A stretch of DNA of 64,000 nucleotides, taken from the NCBI GenBank assembly GCA_964016885.1, contig OZ024743.1, forward strand, positions 14,942,001-15,006,000, given 5' to 3'. The notes below the pieces were generated by a model. That model had not been told where the DNA came from and searched no databases. It saw only the letters and a list, made by a program, of their open reading frames with translations. Of the stretch, positions 40,265-54,788 are shown piece after piece. The position numbers and the translations under genes are program-made. Source of the stretch: Eledone cirrhosa (Eukaryota). Every line of letters begins with the position of its first letter. Position 1 is the stretch's first letter.

Positions 40265-43200
40265 AAAATGAAGAGAAAAACAAACGGACGGACAGAGAAA
40301 GGAAGGGAAAAACTAAGTCAGACATTCAAACACTACATTACAATGAAACTTATGCTTATTCATTTTTGGGGTTTTTTCTGCCTGTTTATTTGTTTATTTG
40401 TTTGGGTTCGTCTACAGCGTGATAATGCCACACAAAAGTCACGTGGAGTGACGAAAACAACGGAGACAAGTAATTCACCGGTGGTTATGTAACCATACAT
40501 TCGCCAATCCTCGATAAGAGTGTTTACATGTCGAACATAAACAGTTCGAATAACGGTGAAATGGAGACTAGAATGTCATGTGACAGACTCTCACCCAACA
40601 GGTGCTCCCTGGCTCAGCAGCAGAACCAACTGGACGAAAGAATTGAATAGAACTGTTATGCAATGTTACCTGAAGAGTAACCCCAAGGAGAAAGGCTATA
40701 GGAAAAGGATGCATAACATCTGGAACGAGATTGGCCCATTTAAATTAGATGAACTAAAACTGGCCGGGCAGGCTCCGGTAATAAGAACTAATGGGTGGAT
40801 AAGCGAGCTGGAACTGGAGGGACTGGGCAGAGAGATTAGCTTGGAGATGGAGGGTGCAGTATGTCAGGCAAACGAGCCAGTGGGAAATGAAGGTGAAGAG
40901 ATCCAGAGAACGGAGGAACCACCCGAAACAGACAATGATCTGAATGCTGAGATTAATAATACCTGGAACAGAGATACGGCCACTGAGGAGATGAATGCTG
41001 ACGGGCTAGGACAAGATTTGCTAGATATCCTAAGCTTAGTGGTAGATGAATTGAACAATGATAGTGGGAGACCTATGAACCTAAGATTTTTAGACAGGAA
41101 AAAGTTAAATGAAACAACAGCTAAGGTAAACAAAGTCAACCCATACCTTGAGGCGAGGAGCCTTCACCAGTGCAACAATATCCTCAATGCAACAACAAAT
41201 GCGGTGAGGAAATTACTTGGCATAAAAGCGGGAGGAAACAACAGACAAGAAAGAGCAGATCCTTGGTGGAAGAAACGACTGAGTGGTCAAATCAGAGAAA
41301 TGAGAAATGACATTGGAAAGCTGAATGGGACACTAAAAAACATAGACACTAAAAATAGACTGGAAATAAAGTACAAATCTAGGAGGAAAAAGCTAAATAT
41401 TATCATAGAGGAACTGAAGCAATGCATTGTAGCAAAAAGTGCAAAAATCAGGCGATACGAGAAGAGAGTCAGCCAGTATAGACAAAACCGCATGTTCGAC
41501 AACAACCAGAAGATGCTGTTTGGACAGCTTGAAGGGAAAGAAAGAGGCAACGACTTGATCCCTGAGGTGGAACAAACTAAAACATTCTGGAGAGGAATAT
41601 GGGAGCAGGATGTTAAACATAATGACCAGGCAGTGTGGATTGAGACAGTACATAAGGAGATCAGTGAACAGGCACGCCAACAAACTGATTTGAGTATCAC
41701 AGTTGAAACTCTTAAGGGGCAGGCTAAAAAACTAACCAACTGGAAATCACCTGGCCCAGATGGTGTGCAGGGGTATAGGATTAAAAACATAATATCCCTC
41801 ACCCGAAAATGACAACCATGTTCAATGACTGCTTGATGCCACGTGAGGTACCAGAGTGGTTGACAAAAGGTACCACAGTTCTGATAATGAAAGACCGAAT
41901 CAAGGGTAATGATGTTACCAACTATAGACCTATCACATGTCTGTCCGTAATGTGGAAACTGTTGACAAGCATTATGTCTGAGGAAATCTACCATCACCTC
42001 CACACAAACAACTTGTTACCGGACGATCAGAAAGGATGCCGAAAGAAGTCACGTGGTACAAAGGACCAGTTACTTATTGATAAGATGGAAATGAGGAATT
42101 GCAAGAGAATACACACTGGTCTTGTCATGGGATGGATAGACTACAAAAAAGCATTTGACATGGTGCCTCATTCTTGGATCACCAAAAGCCTAGAGATCTT
42201 CAAGGTGGCAGATAACATCAGACAGTTGTTGGGCAAAAGTATGAAGTCCTGGGAAACAGAGTTAACATCACCTGGAGAAACCTTGGGAAGCGTGAAGATC
42301 AAGAGAGGTATCTTCCAGGGAGATAGTCTGTCCCCTCTGTTGTCCGTCCTTGCCCTGATGCCCCTGACCAGTGTACTGCGAAAAGTGAGTGCAGGATACA
42401 GGTTGGGAAAGGGAGGGCTTACCATCAATTACCTCCTCTTCATGGACGATCTTAAGCTCTTCTGGAAGAGTGAGAAGGAGTTGGATGTGCTTGTTGACAC
42501 TGTCCATATTTTCAGCAATGATATATGTATGCAATTTGGTATTAGTAAGTGTGGAGTCATTGTGATGAGGAGGGGTAAGTTGAACAGAAGTAACGGAATC
42601 CAGATAACAACAGGTGAGATGATAAAAGAAATTGACTCTGAAGAAGGATACAAGTATTTGGGCGTTCTGGAGGCCGATGACATCAAGAACAAAAAAATGA
42701 AGGAAGTCATAAGAACTGAATACCTTCGAAGAGTAAGGAGCGTATTAAAGTCACATCTGAATAGTAGGAATGCCATAAGTGCAGTAAATTCCCGAGCTGT
42801 GTCTATTATTAGGTACAGTGCGGGAATTCTGAGATGGAATGTTGCTGAACAAAAAGAAATGGATAGGAAGACTAGGAAGCTATTGACTATCTACGATATG
42901 TTCCACAAGAGGAGTGATGTCGATAGACTCTACTTAAGGAGATCTGAGGATGGAAGAGGTCTTATCAGCATAGAGGACTGTGTTCAGATGGAGAAAAACA
43001 ACCTACACAAATACGTGACTGATAGTAGGGAGCCAATGCTCAGAGCTGTACTGAAGGAGGGGACAATAGGCCAGTGGATGTCCAAGGAGGAAATAACATC
43101 AAGGAGAAAGAGCAGGCTTCAGGAAAAATCCCTTCATAGTACCTTCTTTGAGAAAACTGAATTTAGAGATCCACAGACATGGAACTGGTTGAAAAGAGGA

Positions 43201-43920
43201 GACCTTAAAAAGGCTACAGAAGGAATGTGGTTGAAACACCACATTTACAAGGATGAGGCTAGCCCACTGTGCAGGTTCTGTGGAGAAAGAGAGGAGACTG
43301 TGGCTCACATTGTATCCGAGTGTAAACACCTAGCCCAGACTCACTATAAGGGCTGGAGACATGATGTGATGGGCAGGGTGATCCATTGGCACCTATACAA
43401 AGTAAACAATTTACCACATTCTGAGAAGTTGTATGAGCATAAGCTAGAGGCGGTGATAGAAAACGATCAGGTGAAGGTGCTGTGGGATTTTAGGATACAG
43501 ACTGACAAGAAACTGGAACACAATAGACCTGACCTAGTGGTTTTGGACAAAGAAAAAAGATCGTGCCTGATTGTGGATGTGGCCTGCCCATTCGACACGA
43601 GAGTGCCAGAGAAGGAGAGGGAGAAAATTAACCGATATCAGGACTTAAAGTGGGAGGTAAAAAGGATTTGGAACTGACATGAAATCAAAGTGATCCCGAT
43701 AGTCATAGGTGCACAAGGGACTATCTCAAAAAGTTTCCAGGGATGATTAAAGAAAATTGGCTCCTTCACGCTTTTTGGAACGCTTCAAAAGGCATGCTTG
43801 CAGGGAACAGCAAGAACCCTCCGATACGTCCTGAATATCTGAGGATGCAGGTAGTGGCTTGATATTCATCTCAACAAACTTTCCAGTTAACTAACATCAA
43901 TGACTGAGACTCAAAGAGTA
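40265..43920 (+). mobile_element. R4/Dong-type retrotransposon family B, disrupted (5' boundary uncertain)
   Basis: ORF pieces 40556..41812 and 41809..43677, continuing to ~43842: WIDYKKAFD, QGDSLSP, FMDD, CRFC..ETVAH...C, RHD, RPDL..VDVA..K..RY; ends in (TAA)n. Confidence 0.9.
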
Positions 43921-43949
43921 ATAACAATAATAATAATATTAATAATAAT

Positions 43950-46900
43950 GATTTCTTTATTAACCACAAGGGTTTACATAAAGTAGACATTAAGGACAGT
44001 GCAGGACAATGCAGGACGGTACAAATGGGCATTTCTGCGTGTAAAAAACAAAAACAGAGGATGTAACAAAAATACCAATGAAAAATTCCCCAATAGGGGG
44101 GAGACTTCGGAGGGACATTTGTGGAGAAAGCCCAGTAAAAAGCCACAATGACCCTGACCACCAAGGCAAGTGCCCTCTCCCAGTTTTCCACCTTTAGTTT
44201 ACATATATATACTCAGAGTCGGCCCATTCACTCGGGCCATTCTTGCTTCTCTCACCCATCTTTCAACAAAATGCTGGGAAGAGAGCACTTCCTTCTCTAC
44301 TCTGATTTTCCTTTTCAAATGAAATTTGAAAAAGTCAATCAGAGCATCACCGAAGAGGTAAGTGCTCGTCTTCAGCCCTTTCAAACGTGTCCACCATACT
44401 ATCTCTTTCGCCATGGCCACCAGACAGATAAAAACTGCCTGCCCTTCCCGGCTAAAGGAGGAGGGCGGGGCAATCCTCACGATGGACTCAGATGATAGCT
44501 GGATCCGTCCTAAACGCGACAGCAGGTGTTCGACATAAACCCACAAGTCAGCAATTTTCGGACACTGGACGAGTGCGTGCAGGACGGTTTCGTCGCCCTG
44601 CGCGCATCTCGGACATGTCCGGCTGACGGCACCTCCATGCCTGTAGATTTTATCCCGAACTGGCAAGGCTCCTCGGTAGCACTGCCAGGCCAGAGATTTC
44701 TGGAAGTTGTCCATAGGCCCCGGCCCGAAAGTTCTTCCGAAGAGATTGGCTAGTTGATTTTCGTCGACGCCTAGAGTTTCCCCAAGTACGTCGTCGCTCT
44801 TCCCCTCCACTAATCCTCTATAGAACGCCGAGGTGGAGTTTCCACCGATCACATTGCCCGATTGGTCGAGGGCTGTGAGCGCCTGAAGACATTCCAGTCT
44901 CCATGCGCTCCCTCTCGGTCTTCGCTTGACCCAGGACTGCAGCTCCGTCAAGGAAACGAGCTGGGGAAAAACGCGTCTAGCAAACGGCGACCACACCTGA
45001 TCACCGTCGAGGAAGAGGTGGAGATGTCGTAGCCTGAGCGCGTGCCTGCGCATCATCAGCCACGGCATGCCCAGCCCTCCACGTAGCGGGTGTTGACAAC
45101 AGATGGACCGCCTGACCATCGGAGCACGTCCCTTCCACAAAAAGCGAAAGAGCAAACGCTTCAGCGCAGTCAGGCGAGGCTTAGGACAAGGTACGACGGT
45201 CAGGTGGTAGCAGATGACAGACGCGATATACGCGTTAGCCACCTCCGCTCGACCTTTCAGGGATAGCTTCCTCTCCGCCCATTTCTGGGTGAAAGAAGCC
45301 ACCCTGCTCGTCACCTCGTCCCAGTTTTTGTCCGTCTGGAGGTCCGGACCGAACCAGACCCCTAGCAATTTAACCGGTCCGTCCGTCCAGCGTCCGACGA
45401 CGCTGTTGGACGGCATGGACCTGCCTCTCCAGGTGCCGAGCTGCAGGCCCACTGACTTTTCCTGGTTGATCATTGCTCCTGTCACCGCTTCGTATTCTCT
45501 TAGTGTAGTGCCGATCGCCTCGATGTGTTTGGCGTTCGACACCACTACGGTGACATCGTCCGCATATGCTGACACGGATCTTCCGCATCCTAGTTCGCGC
45601 GGGACTCCCCTCAACGTCTCCAGTTTGTGCAGTAATGGCTCGAGAATCAATACGTACAAGAGGGACGAGAGGGGACATCCTTGGCGGACCGAGCGCATGA
45701 TGTTGAACGGTTCCGACAGGTGACCGTTCACTCTCACCACAGAGCAGATGTCACTGTGCATGGCAGCGATCCAGCCTCTGAAGACGGGCCCAAAGCCAGC
45801 CGCCCTCAGGACTGCCGCTAGGTAACGATGGTCGACCCTATCGAAAGCTTTCGACTGATCTAAATTGATCAAGGACCCACCCGTGCCAGGTTCCCTAGCT
45901 ACCCTCTCTACGATGTATCGCATGAGGTGGAGGTTGTCGTAGATGGATCTGTCGGGAATGGCGCATGTCTGCGCCTCTCCCACCAGACCACCAACGACAA
46001 GCGCCAACCTCTTTGCTAGCACCTTGGCCAAAATCTTACACTCTGTGTTTAGCAGAGTTATGGGCCGGAAATTTTCTATGTTATCCCCCTTGTTCGGATC
46101 CTTTCTCAGCAGTGCCACCGCTCCTCGGCTCACAGAACTGGGAATTCTCCCGTTCTGTTGCCAGTTGCAGTAGACGTCCGCCAAGAGGCCTCCGAACAAG
46201 TCTGGCATCTGTACGTAAAGTTCATCCAAACCAGGCGATTTACCCCTTGTGCAGCCAGTCATTGCCTCCCTTACTTCAGCGGCTGTTATCGGCTTTTCGC
46301 AACAATTCGCCTCAGTGGCCGAGAGCCGCGGCAGTCCGTCGAGGTAGACACTAAAGTCCATCCCTCTACCCGGCCCACCGCTGCCCCCGAACAGCTGAGC
46401 GAAGTGTCGCTGAAAAGCTTCACACATTTTCCCGGGATCGAGTAGCATGCGCCCGTCGTGGTCCACCAAAGACCGGATCGTGGCTTTGTTGCCACGACGC
46501 GCCTCTGCCACTCGGGCCCATTGAACGGCTTTCGTCCCCTCGTGTCTGAGAGCACGCACCCTTGCTCTGACAACGCAGCCTTCGTGCTTTGCATTGAAGA
46601 ATTGGTCAAGGGCCAATTTCGCCGCAAGCACGTCGGTCGCAATGCCTTTGCTAAGCGCCTCGTCTAATTTTCTAACTAGTTCTTCCTCTGCTCTATTTTT
46701 CTCTATTGCTAAAGCCTTACTAAACCTAATCGATTCTATTCTAATCGCTCTTTTCAGAGCAAACCACCACTTGTTGTTGACGATGGCCCCCGTCAACGCC
46801 CGCTTAACTAGTTCGCTAATCCGGTCTCTGTAGGCCTTGCGCGCTGGTAAGGACGCGTTTAGCTTCCAGTAGCCGGGTGCTCGTCTATGAAGCCAATCTA

Positions 46901-49900
46901 AGTCAAGCACACAGATCACGAATTTGTGGTCCGTGTAGCTGACTATCTTGAATTGTGGACAGCCTATGCTAGACCTATCTATTTCCCTACAAAATACTCT
47001 ATCTAGATATGATCTGGATGACCCTATGCGATTTGTCCAAGTCCACATTGGCACATTCGGGAAATCAATCGGTACCTGTCAGACAGTTCAAAACGCCTGA
47101 GCAGGTTGGTGAGGCTCTTGCAACATCCACCCCTATCCGCTAATCCTACACAGTCGCAGCGTGCATCTAAGATCCCGTTCCAGTCGCCCACTAACACTAC
47201 AGAGCGGGACGTTCCAAGAAAGGTCTCCAGACGCCGGAAGAAATCAGGCCGCCCTGCTCCTGTCGGGCCATAGACAGCCGCTAGCCTGAAAGCTTGCCGG
47301 TCTCCGCTGCTCACGTCCAGCACCACCAACTTACCCTCCGGGTCCAGGAAGATGGCCCGTATGGCGAGATCCAAACCTCTCCGAAAAAGCACAGCAACTC
47401 CTCCCCCCGATCCAGGACGGCTGGGAGATGCGTACACATCGTAGCCGCCGAAGATCGGTGCGAAGGCCCGTGCTTCGGAGATTCTGGTCTCGCTGATGGC
47501 CACTACATCTATGTTTAGTGACATGAGGTCGTTGAGCAGGTGACCCTGCTTCCATGACGACGCCAAGCCACGCGCATTTATGCTGCCTATTCTGAGTGAG
47601 GTCATGTTTAAAATAGAGTGGAAAAGATGGGAAAGACCACTTACCGTACTTTTGGTAGAGGAGGGATGGTTTTTACATCCCTTTTAACTTGATCGTCTGG
47701 TGAAGGGACCGTTGAATCGTCCCTTCCGCTGGTCGTCGGCTCTTCTAAGAGAATGTCTGAGTATACTCTTCGATTGACGGTTCCTCCTAGGTCCCTGAAA
47801 TCACCAACTGCGTTGGGGAATTTCGTTTTAATGTTTGTGTATTGTTTCTGTGCTATTTTTAGCAGTCTTATGTTAGTTGGCGTTTTGATTGGTGCTGGTA
47901 TTATGTAGTCGTGTTGTGAAATGTCTGTGTGTTCAATTATGGAAGTCATTAGTTTCTTGTTGTGTGTATTTATTGCCGTGCATTTTTTTTTCTGGGGTTG
48001 GGGTGTGGTTCTGCTATTTTCTTGTCGTTGTTGCTGGGTGTGTGTGTTTTGTTGTTGTGTTTGCGATGTTGGTGCTTGTGGTGGTGGTGTTGGCGGTGGG
48101 GTTGTCGCCGGTGGTGATGGTGGTTCTGAAGTGGGTGGTGATGGTGTTGGTGGTGTTGCTGCTGTGAGTCTCTTTGCAGTAGCCTTTACCCTTGTTTCCA
48201 TTTCTTTCCTCCCTTTTCAAAGGCGACGATGCGCTGCTTTTGCGTGTGTGCCTTCTTACGACCTTTTGCCATCCCTCTCCCACCTCACACTCCATGTCTG
48301 ATTATGTGAGGTCGGGGAGGGGTACCAGCTCCACTCTTTCACTTGTTGTTGTTTGTGATGTTTGCACTGGAGTCTCTGTTGCAGCTGCATTTGGTATTGC
48401 TGTTGTTGTTGTTAATACTTCCACTGCTGCTGCTGTTTTTGATTTCCGTGGCGTGGGTATGGGTGCCACGGATCTATCGTTCCTGGTTGCCGCTTGTCCT
48501 GTTGCAGGTAGCCGAGGAGCCGGTTTCGGAAGGAGGGGGGTTTTCTTCTTTCTCAGGGTCTTCTCGTTGCAGAAGGCCCTGAGGTGAGTCTTCGATCCAC
48601 AGCGAAAGCATTTCGGGCGTTTGCCCTCAACACTTATGGGCAGTTGAGTGCCGTTATCGAAGTCTCTCACATCCGGGATAGCTTCGATGCACTGCTGGTT
48701 GGTTTGGATTAACATCTCAATGGAGGTGCCGACCTAATCTTCTCTTACTTTTTTCTGTACTTGCAGTACAGTTGTTTTGTCCTCTATTCCGACGAGGACA
48801 GACGCGGCCAGCCAAGAAGGGGCCATCCCGGGTGGGACGTGGGTCAGTTTGACCCTCACAATTTTTGGCCCGCAGTAGGAGGGGATCAACACCATTTCCT
48901 CGCTCCTTAGGGTCACTAAGGATTGAGCCTTTGCCTCCTGGGGTGTGGCAAAAAGTACGTCTACGGTGGCATATTTCTTGCCTCGGGTGATGTGCGTTTT
49001 CCGCTGCCACACGTACCCTAAGGCTTTTTGTATTGCAGCCTCTGTGGCTCTTTCAACCCTACGGGATTTTGTTCTTACTGTACGGTACGTGACCGTACAG
49101 TGCTGTTGGGTTTCGAAAAATGTTTCGGCTGTCTTGCAGATTGCTCGGTGTCCGGTTTCCGTCACCATCTTCTTCGCTTCCTCTAATTCCTCATTTGTTA
49201 TGAGGATGGTTTCCAGGGTCTTTGCGATACCTGCAAACGAGATTGGTTTTTCTTTGCTGCTGTTGTTGTTGTTGTTGTCGTCAGAGCTGCTGTTACTTCT
49301 GTTGTTGCTGCAGGTACTACGACTACTGCCGCCGCCGCTGTTGCTGTGGTTGTTGTTGTTGCTGCTGCTGCTGTTGTTGTTTATACTGCTGCTGATCCTG
49401 TTGCGGCTGCTACTGTTGTTTTCCTTGTCACTGTTGCTGTTGTTATTACGGCTGCTACTGCTATTATTCCTGACGTCAGACGAATGAAATGGATTTTCGT
49501 ATTTCCCGCACACCTTTTTCGTCGTTGTCGTCGTCGTCGTGGAGAAATCTTGCTCGCTTTGCACGTGATTTTTCTTTTCTGGCGTCGCTTACGAAAGAGA
49601 AGGGAGGGAGAGAGACAATCTTCTCTCTGCTGTAGTGACGATTGAGGAAGAAAAAGACGGAATCAGTGGGAGTGACCTATGAAAATTATTTTTCGTAGCC
49701 ATGTTTTTTTTTTGTTTAAAATAAATATTGGGCACAAAACCCCAATAGGCGGTTATTTAACCCCGAAAGGCCAAATAACGGGCAGAAAGACCCCTCTCAC
49801 GAGGAGGAGGGTGTTTATGTCTACAAGTTGGTTAAAGTTTTAAACAATTTACAATTGTTATAGCGGTCAAAATTTACAATAACTTACAGAGCCGAGCCTC

Positions 49901-49917
49901 CGTCAACCATAGCATTC
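43950..49917 (-). mobile_element. Second full-length Tx1-type element in (TAA)n/(ATT)n
   Basis: Highly similar to 34217-40245; ORF1 (49702-47641) broken into fragments; ORF2 (47605-44199) has one frameshift at ~47065 and lacks GLPY after SPGLD. Confidence 0.92.
44199..47605 (-). pseudogene. Tx1-type ORF2 (APE-RT), one frameshift
   Basis: ORFs 47024..47605 and 44199..47054 (951 aa) with QGCPLS and YADD. Confidence 0.92.
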
Positions 49918-49932
49918 AATAATAATAATAAT

Positions 49933-50114
49933 AATTGTTTCTACTTTAGGCACAAGGCCAGCAATTACCAGTGCATTACTGGTACTTTATTTTATCGACC
50001 CCGTAAGGATGAAAGGCAAAGTCAACCTCGGCGGGATTTGAACTCAGATGGTAAAGGGACGTAACTATGCTGGAAAGCATGGCGTCCGACCCTCTACCGA
50101 TACTGCCAATCCAC
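49933..50114 (-). mobile_element. tRNA-derived SINE
   Basis: Reverse complement of the SINE consensus; its tail runs into the (TAA)n that received the Tx1 copy. Confidence 0.82.
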
Positions 50115-51030
50115 TGTCCTCCACCTTCTCAGGAAGAGACAAGCCCAGCTCACTCCATTGCTGCAGAACTTCACCCAACTCCTTGTTGGAACTAGTCCAT
50201 GTTGGAGAGGAGAGGATGCTGCTCACCGGGGTGGAGGAAAGGAAGCAGGGGAGAATAATAATAATAATGGTTAGGATATTTATTCACCTTTTGTAAACAG
50301 TAAACACTTTCTGATTCAGACAGTCATATTGGTGGTTGCTCCTCTGAAGATGAGCTTAACTTGTCCACCATATTTACTTATAGCAGACAAATTAAGTACA
50401 TAATAAAGACTCTTACACAATTACATTTAAATAACCACTCCAAAATAAGATAGCAATTTGAGTGAAATCTACGAATACAGAGATTCACCTTCCAAATTCC
50501 TGTTAAAAATAGATGGCCAAAAGTATCTCAAATACTTGATACATTAAACTGCGATTTATCAAATTTTACATATTCTTATTTTTAAAGTGAAATCTAGAAA
50601 AAAAATGAAATGTTTTATTTTTAAACGAAACAAAATAAAATTATCCAAAGTTTCCATCTCGATTTTGGTAACAAAGCATTAATGGCTCAACAAATATTTC
50701 TGATCCATCAGCAGATATATAATTAACAATTCTCTTTCGAGGACTTTATATATCCTTCGGATTTTTATGTATTCATTTATTTCTTTATTATCTATTTATT
50801 TATTTGTTTGTTTTAACTTGTGTAACTCTGTTTTTTTAAAGAAAATACTCAAATATATTCCTAGGATAAAATTACATAACAGTAATATAGAATACAATAT
50901 TTACCTTTACTCAAACAACCAGAAAAAGAAAGCAGTATTTGAAAGGAGCACTCTAAATGTCATACATAAGAGGAAGAGTAAGGAAAGTGCCAGGAATATT
51001 AATCAATATTAGAAAGAAATGGGGAACGCT

Positions 51031-51430
51031 TTACACGTTGGTCAGAGCGGTGTTTCGCTGCGCTCCGCGGACAATTGCAAGTAACAGTTGATGCAAGAGC
51101 CACCCCAAGTCTCCGGTCTTTTTTCTCAGATGGGCTGCTGTCATTCCTACTTCAGCAAGGAGGTCAGCTATACGGTTTCCAAGGACGCCCGAGGTCTCGA
51201 TGGTGAGCGGTGCAAATGGCAAGCGGGCAGACAAGCCGTGGCTTTTTATGTTTTATTGTCCTCTTTGTTAACCGCCGTGGTACCGAGTTTTTTTTTACCG
51301 AGAACGACTAAGTTCAAGGTGGAAAGATGTCGAATGTGATAAGGGTAATTCTGTCGTGGCGGTTGGCCATCTCCACAGTCGAGAACTGCTGACACTAGTT
51401 GTGTGGGGGCTAGCTGCGTCATTAATACCG
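51031..51430 (-). pseudogene. Relic 3' end of a CRE-like RLE retrotransposon
   Basis: LPFAPLTIETSGVLGNRIADLLAEVG...LGWLLHQLLLAIVRG, with a degenerate LDCGDG..PD-like motif upstream. Confidence 0.65.
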
Positions 51431-51520
51431 AATGTGTATATCATTGAATTAACAGCAATTACCGCTCGATTAATGTTTTACATCTCTCCAAATCACACTC
51501 CCAATATTATTATTAAAGAA

Positions 51521-51909
51521 AAGGGCGGTGGATTGGCAGTATCGGTAGACGGTGCTTTTACGCATAGAGTTACGGCGCTTGTCATTCTGAGATCAAATCC
51601 CGCCAAGGTTAACTTTGCCTTTCATCCTTACGGGGGTCGATAAAATAAAGTACCAGTAATAAAAACTGGGTAATTGCTGGCCTTGTGCCTAAAGTAGAAA
51701 CAATTATTAAAGAAAAGGGCGGTGAATTGGCAGTATCGGTAGAGGGTCGGACGCCATGCTTTGACGCAGAGAATTACAGCCCTTGCCATTCTGAGTTCAA
51801 ATCCCGCCGAGGTTAACTTTGCCTTTCATCCTAACGTGGGTCGATAAAATAAAGTACCAGTAATACACTGGGATCATTGCTGGCCTTGTGCCTATTGTAG
51901 AAACAATTA
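51521..51909 (+). mobile_element. Tandem pair of tRNA-derived SINEs (51521-51708, 51716-51909)
   Basis: A-box-like TGGCAGTATCGG, B-box GAGTTCAAATCC, shared body, ATT tail; both preceded by ATTAAAGAAAA. Confidence 0.85.
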
Positions 51910-52314
51910 TTATTAAAGAAAAGATAATATAAAACTATTTGCGTATTTTTAATAATCAAGAATACTATTCCGCAATGTAAGACAATTCAGCATAAAAAGT
52001 CTATTTTTAATGACAGAACCAAAATCTCAGTTCTGGTTGTTATTACGTACATGGTGTTCTCTCAGAAAAACGGTCGATTGTTATAGAGGAATTAAAGTAT
52101 TACAATCTATTGTTTGAATTGATATATGAATTTTAAGAAATCCATGAAAATTACCATTTAGATATAACGATAAAATAATTATAGAAAATGATACCAAACT
52201 TTATCCGATACGATGTGGGCATGTTTCATTAAATGCATGAAATATTATGTAAAAAGAAGCAACAAGTTAACAACAATGGTAGATGGAACAAGCCTATATA
52301 AAAATTTCCCTCGT

Positions 52315-52418
52315 TGAAAATTCAGCCAATTTTCGCTGAAAATTCAGTCAATTTTCTTTGAAAATTTAGTCAATTTTTGCTGAAAATTCAGCCAATTTTT
52401 GTTGAAAATTTAGCCAAT
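52315..52418. repeat. ~22-bp minisatellite x5 (TGAAAATTYAGYCAATTTT...)
   Basis: Direct inspection. Confidence 0.85.
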
Positions 52419-53853
52419 TAATGCTCTGCATCTGCGGAGGGTCAACTTACCAAACCATACAAAGATCAGTTTCCCGAAATATCATTCAGCAGAAAGTGAA
52501 AATTTAGTTATTGGGAATACGCTTTTTGGCTATGACACATAGCAGTAATTGCCATGACCACACACGCAGCACCAAATTATGCAATATTAATCAGGGGATT
52601 CCTAGAAGATATGCTGTATACACTATTAGCGGAAGTATTTAATCTCCTTCTGGTTTCAATATTATATGTTCAAATTCCAGTGTATATCCACATAAAAACA
52701 ACTTTGCACTTATAAACATTAACGAGTTGTACACGTCTGCATGGGTACACGCTTGTAATTATATATATCTATAAGAATGTGAGTGTGATAGTGTCTGCAA
52801 ACATGCATCTGGGTATGTATTTAGAAATACATAAGTCAGTGTATAGGCGTACGGAATAGTTACCAGAAACAGATAGTAACTGCACGTTTACACCTCATTG
52901 CATGCATGTATAATTGTGTTTATATATAGGTATTTATTGCACTGCACTCGTGCATGTATGAGTTGTCATTCTAGAAATTCATTTCCACCACCGCATCCTC
53001 GCCCCACCAAAAAAGCAAAACAAAACAAAAAACAGCTGAATTGCCGCCTCTTGCTCACAATGCCATATAAACTATTCCTGTGAATTCCATGCATTGCAGA
53101 ACTTGACGTAACATTGTTATAAATAAAACTACACATAAGCAACTCTCTAAATTATAACACTCTTTGACGAAACCTCCATAAACGTTGGCCATAATAACAA
53201 AACATTTGTCAATCTAGAGGGGAAATACTAATTGGATAAAAACACTTTCCTTTCAAACATATATACATACGTATATACATACACACACATACATATAAAT
53301 ATATATGTATAACATACCTATATATGTATATACATGTATATATGTATATATATGTGCATATATACATATATACATTTTTTTTCCTTATAATAAAATACAA
53401 TCTAATGTTTCCTGCTATGCTTGATTAATTTGAGAACATAGAAAGAAACAAGGCATCACAGTTCTTTCACCAGAAAATACCTCACCATATGTTTGACTTA
53501 TCCTACACAACACAAAATAAATTTATTTCCTACTAATCTCTCATGCGTATTTCACTACATAAATGAATGTTTTCCTAAATAAGAGCCTTTGTTTATTAAA
53601 ATATGTTATGTAAAAGTCTAATTTGCTATGAAGAAAACAACACGTATTTCCGCATATGTCGGCACTATGCAATTACAAAATTTTATAATTAAACAAAACA
53701 ATAACACTGAATATTTCATTCCAAGTGTTACCAGATCTGCGTTCCGCAAATAAACATGTAGGAATAGAATCTACCAACCCAAACGGATGAAGCAGCCAAA
53801 CTGAAGTTTCGAAATCATTGAAAAATGTGAGTCCGTAATTTTATATGGATGTA

Positions 53854-53926
<73 letters not shown>

Positions 53927-54329
53927 CGAACTCGCTGCCTAACTATGGAAACAACTTGCCGTACTTTAAAACTATCCACAACGCAGAGTACACACAACTG
54001 GATTACCTATAACGATAAATTGTTACCCCATATATATATATATATGAGTGTGTGTGTGTGTCTGTGTGTGTCTGCGCGTACCAATATCTGTAGGGGTGAA
54101 AAGGAAAAAGGAAAACAAGATAAGTGTCTGAAAAGAGGTCACTCTTTTCATGACGTTTTCTTTAGGAGGTATGTCAAATTTGGGCATTGAAACCTTGAGT
54201 AGCGTCTTTGTAAGGTGGTCTCTTAGGTAATGCCTTATTGTTGGTTGCTCAGGTTCTTACGCTGGAGATGTCTTACAGTGTTGCTGCTCACTACCAGTGA
54301 ACTGAGGTACCCTCCTTATTTTTCAACTA

Positions 54330-54616
54330 ACCTATGGAGTATTCCTCTTGTTCCAAGCAATGCACATTTTTCGTATTCGTTTCATCTGTAGTGCAATCCT
54401 TATTTGTTTAATTTACTTCTCAAGAACTTTAAGCACTATTACCAATATTCCAACATACTATTGGTATTACAACCACATTTTTCATTGACCACAACTGCTT
54501 AAACTCTCAAGCTAACCTTTCATATATATCAATTATCGAATATAGTGTCATCAGCTGGACAACACTGTTTGGTTTCATTCTCCATCAATACAAATCACGT
54601 CATGTTATTTTCTGGC
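54330..54616 (-). pseudogene. Highly decayed Dong-type 3' end
   Basis: Remnants VVVIPIV.GIL and ALLGTRGIL match the C-termini of the Dong ORFs in this window. Confidence 0.5.
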
Positions 54617-54788
54617 CGTATCGGTAGAGGGTTGGATATGCTTTCCAGCATAGTTGCGTCCCTTTACGATCTGAGTTCAAATCCCGCCGAGGTTAACTTT
54701 GCCTTTCATCCTTACGGGGGTCGATAAAATAAAGTACCAGTAATACACTGGATAATTGCTGGCCTTGTGTCAAAAGTAGAAACAGTTA
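54617..54788 (+). mobile_element. tRNA-derived SINE (partial copies also at 55835-55911 + and ~19500-19590 -)
   Basis: Matches the consensus body and B-box. Confidence 0.8.

Noticed and set aside
34428-49645. Many antisense ORFs overlapping the Tx1 and Dong ORFs
   Set aside because: Shadow frames of GC-rich or low-complexity coding sequence; shared between copies only because the copies are recent.
29108-49917. Dong-Tx1 pairs as one segmental duplication
   Set aside because: The two Dong elements belong to different families, so the Tx1 insertions are independent.
51521-51909. tRNA genes
   Set aside because: A/B boxes belong to SINE heads; no cloverleaf could be completed.
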